Shown one piece after another: positions 62,325 to 64,000 of a stretch of 64,000 nucleotides of DNA. The stretch is from Saccostrea cucullata (Eukaryota). The stretch covers positions 124,001-188,000 of the forward strand of contig NW_026933663.1 of NCBI RefSeq assembly GCF_032062105.1, read 5' to 3'. The position numbers were made by a program, and so were the translations under genes. The notes below the pieces were generated by a model that ran no database searches, had not been told where the DNA came from, and was given only the letters and a program-made list of their open reading frames with translations. Every line of letters starts with the position of its first letter. Within the stretch, counting starts at the first letter, position 1.

Positions 62325-64000
62325 CTATTTCATTGTTTCTGGTATTTGAGTAGTAAAACACGTAAAGTAACTAATTTGAATTACATGTATGCATGAATGT
62401 TTCAAGGTTCTTTCTATGGATACCCAATTCAAGGAGATAGCTCTTTTCTTAATGTTGAACATAAACTTAATATATATCTAAGCGTTATTACACATGTAAT
62501 ACATGTACCATCGTTTATAATTGGCCATAGATAATTGTCGTAATATCCAGAATTCATATCTGTAATCTTGTACACTTCATGTTTTTTCAACATCAATTGT
62601 TTTCTATGCTATTTTGTACACAAATCGCATAAACAATCTAATCATGATAAACAATAATGGGTGCTATTTACCTCTTCATTGTCTCGTAAGCAAGCATCAC
62701 ACAATCCTTGGTTTAGTTTCTCTATCATTTTTTCTAAGATTTCATTAACTGGAAAAAGCCCTGCCAATTGCTCGGGTTTATCCAACGAACCATTATTTGG
62801 AATATATTCACGACATAATGGAATTATAAAAAACCCGAACTCGATTCAGTAGATTTACAGGAGCTTACGATGTAGGAACATAAACAACCATGACAAAAAG
62901 AATGTGTACATGGCAAATACCTTGGTGTTTTGAACTTTACAAAACAAATTGAACACATAATTTATATTTCATATTTATAATTTGTTAAACAAATTAAAAC
63001 TAAAATGATTCTGAAAATGTTACATTCCTCAGCTTTGATTACGACATGGGGTTTAAGAAGATTTTTAGTTTAAATCAAATTTATGCAATTTAATTTGGCA
63101 TCCAATTATCAAGTAACCATACATTTAATAAGAAATAATAAAAGAAAGAAGAAAAACTTAAAACATATGGTTCGTGTTGAAGTAAAATTATTGCGTCTGT
63201 TTAAATGAATATAAATATTATGAGGAATGGGAAATTGAGTAAATCAAATAATAAACCTCCTGTTGGCAACAATGAATTGATTGAAAACAATAGAAGCTTG
63301 GGCATAAAACGTTATAAAGATATAACTTTCCCCTTGTATGTTGAAATGTCGATTTTTAAATAAAAATGGGAGCAAAAGGGCTATCTTTCCTATCCGATAG
63401 TATTTGAGATATATGGCTACTTATTGGTTTTGTTTTTGAAAATGTTTCAATGATAAATAACCTTTACACAACTCTTGACATAAAATATGTATCACAAAAA
63501 TGCATTAATGTGTAAGCAAAATATACGGGGAATAAGAAGAAAAGAAATATATATTTATGACAATATTAAAAATCACTGATTTCCCCAATTTTTTGAAGAA
63601 AAACTACACTTTCTGTAGGTCCAATTTTTACTTTGCCAAACCTGCTTGAAAGCAACGATTAATCTAATAAAATTGAAAGCATCGGAACTTTTAAAAAGAC
63701 AAAATTTCATTTTCAGTTATATATGAAACTAGTGATGGATCTATTTAAAACTCCATATCATTTTATCAGATTTCCTAGAACTCTTTAAGCTAATTTAATT
63801 TTATAGAAAATTGGTTTTTTCAATAGTGCAGAGTAATACAATGGCATTATGTCAGTCAGATATTGATAAGGATTTTAAAAATCGTAATGTTTTCGGGAGT
63901 TTCCTTAAATGCATTGCTATTTAATTACACATCCGGAATCACAAACGTAAACTGATTTGTTAAATGTTTTTGTGGTTTCATTACCTAGGTTAATGTACCT

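Overview
AT-rich eukaryotic DNA, probably from a bivalve (oyster-like, inferred from the repeat families), dominated by transposable elements. There are two host loci. One is a multi-exon TRPM-family channel gene on + (about 317-33850) carrying in-frame stops, so probably a pseudogene or null allele. The other is an intact five-exon secreted fibrinogen-related (FReD/ficolin-like) gene on - (49654-53299) with duplicated relics upstream. The most notable object is a full-length L1/Tx1-clade LINE (1283-6757, -) flanked by a target-site duplication (TSD), whose ORF1 ends in a complete NADAR/YbiA hydrolase domain after its two zinc knuckles. This suggests a retrotransposon carrying its own ADP-ribose-removing enzyme. 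The second is a roughly 6 kb non-coding element with split direct repeats (A..B-A..B), integrated at TTAA in the manner of tyrosine-recombinase retrotransposons (39598-45565). Also present: an intact chromodomain Gypsy element nested inside two DNA transposons, Helentron-type elements with a ~166 bp satellite, hAT and Tc1/mariner non-autonomous elements, SINEs sharing one body but with different heads, and Penelope-like fragments. All calls are by eye from motifs; no searches were run.
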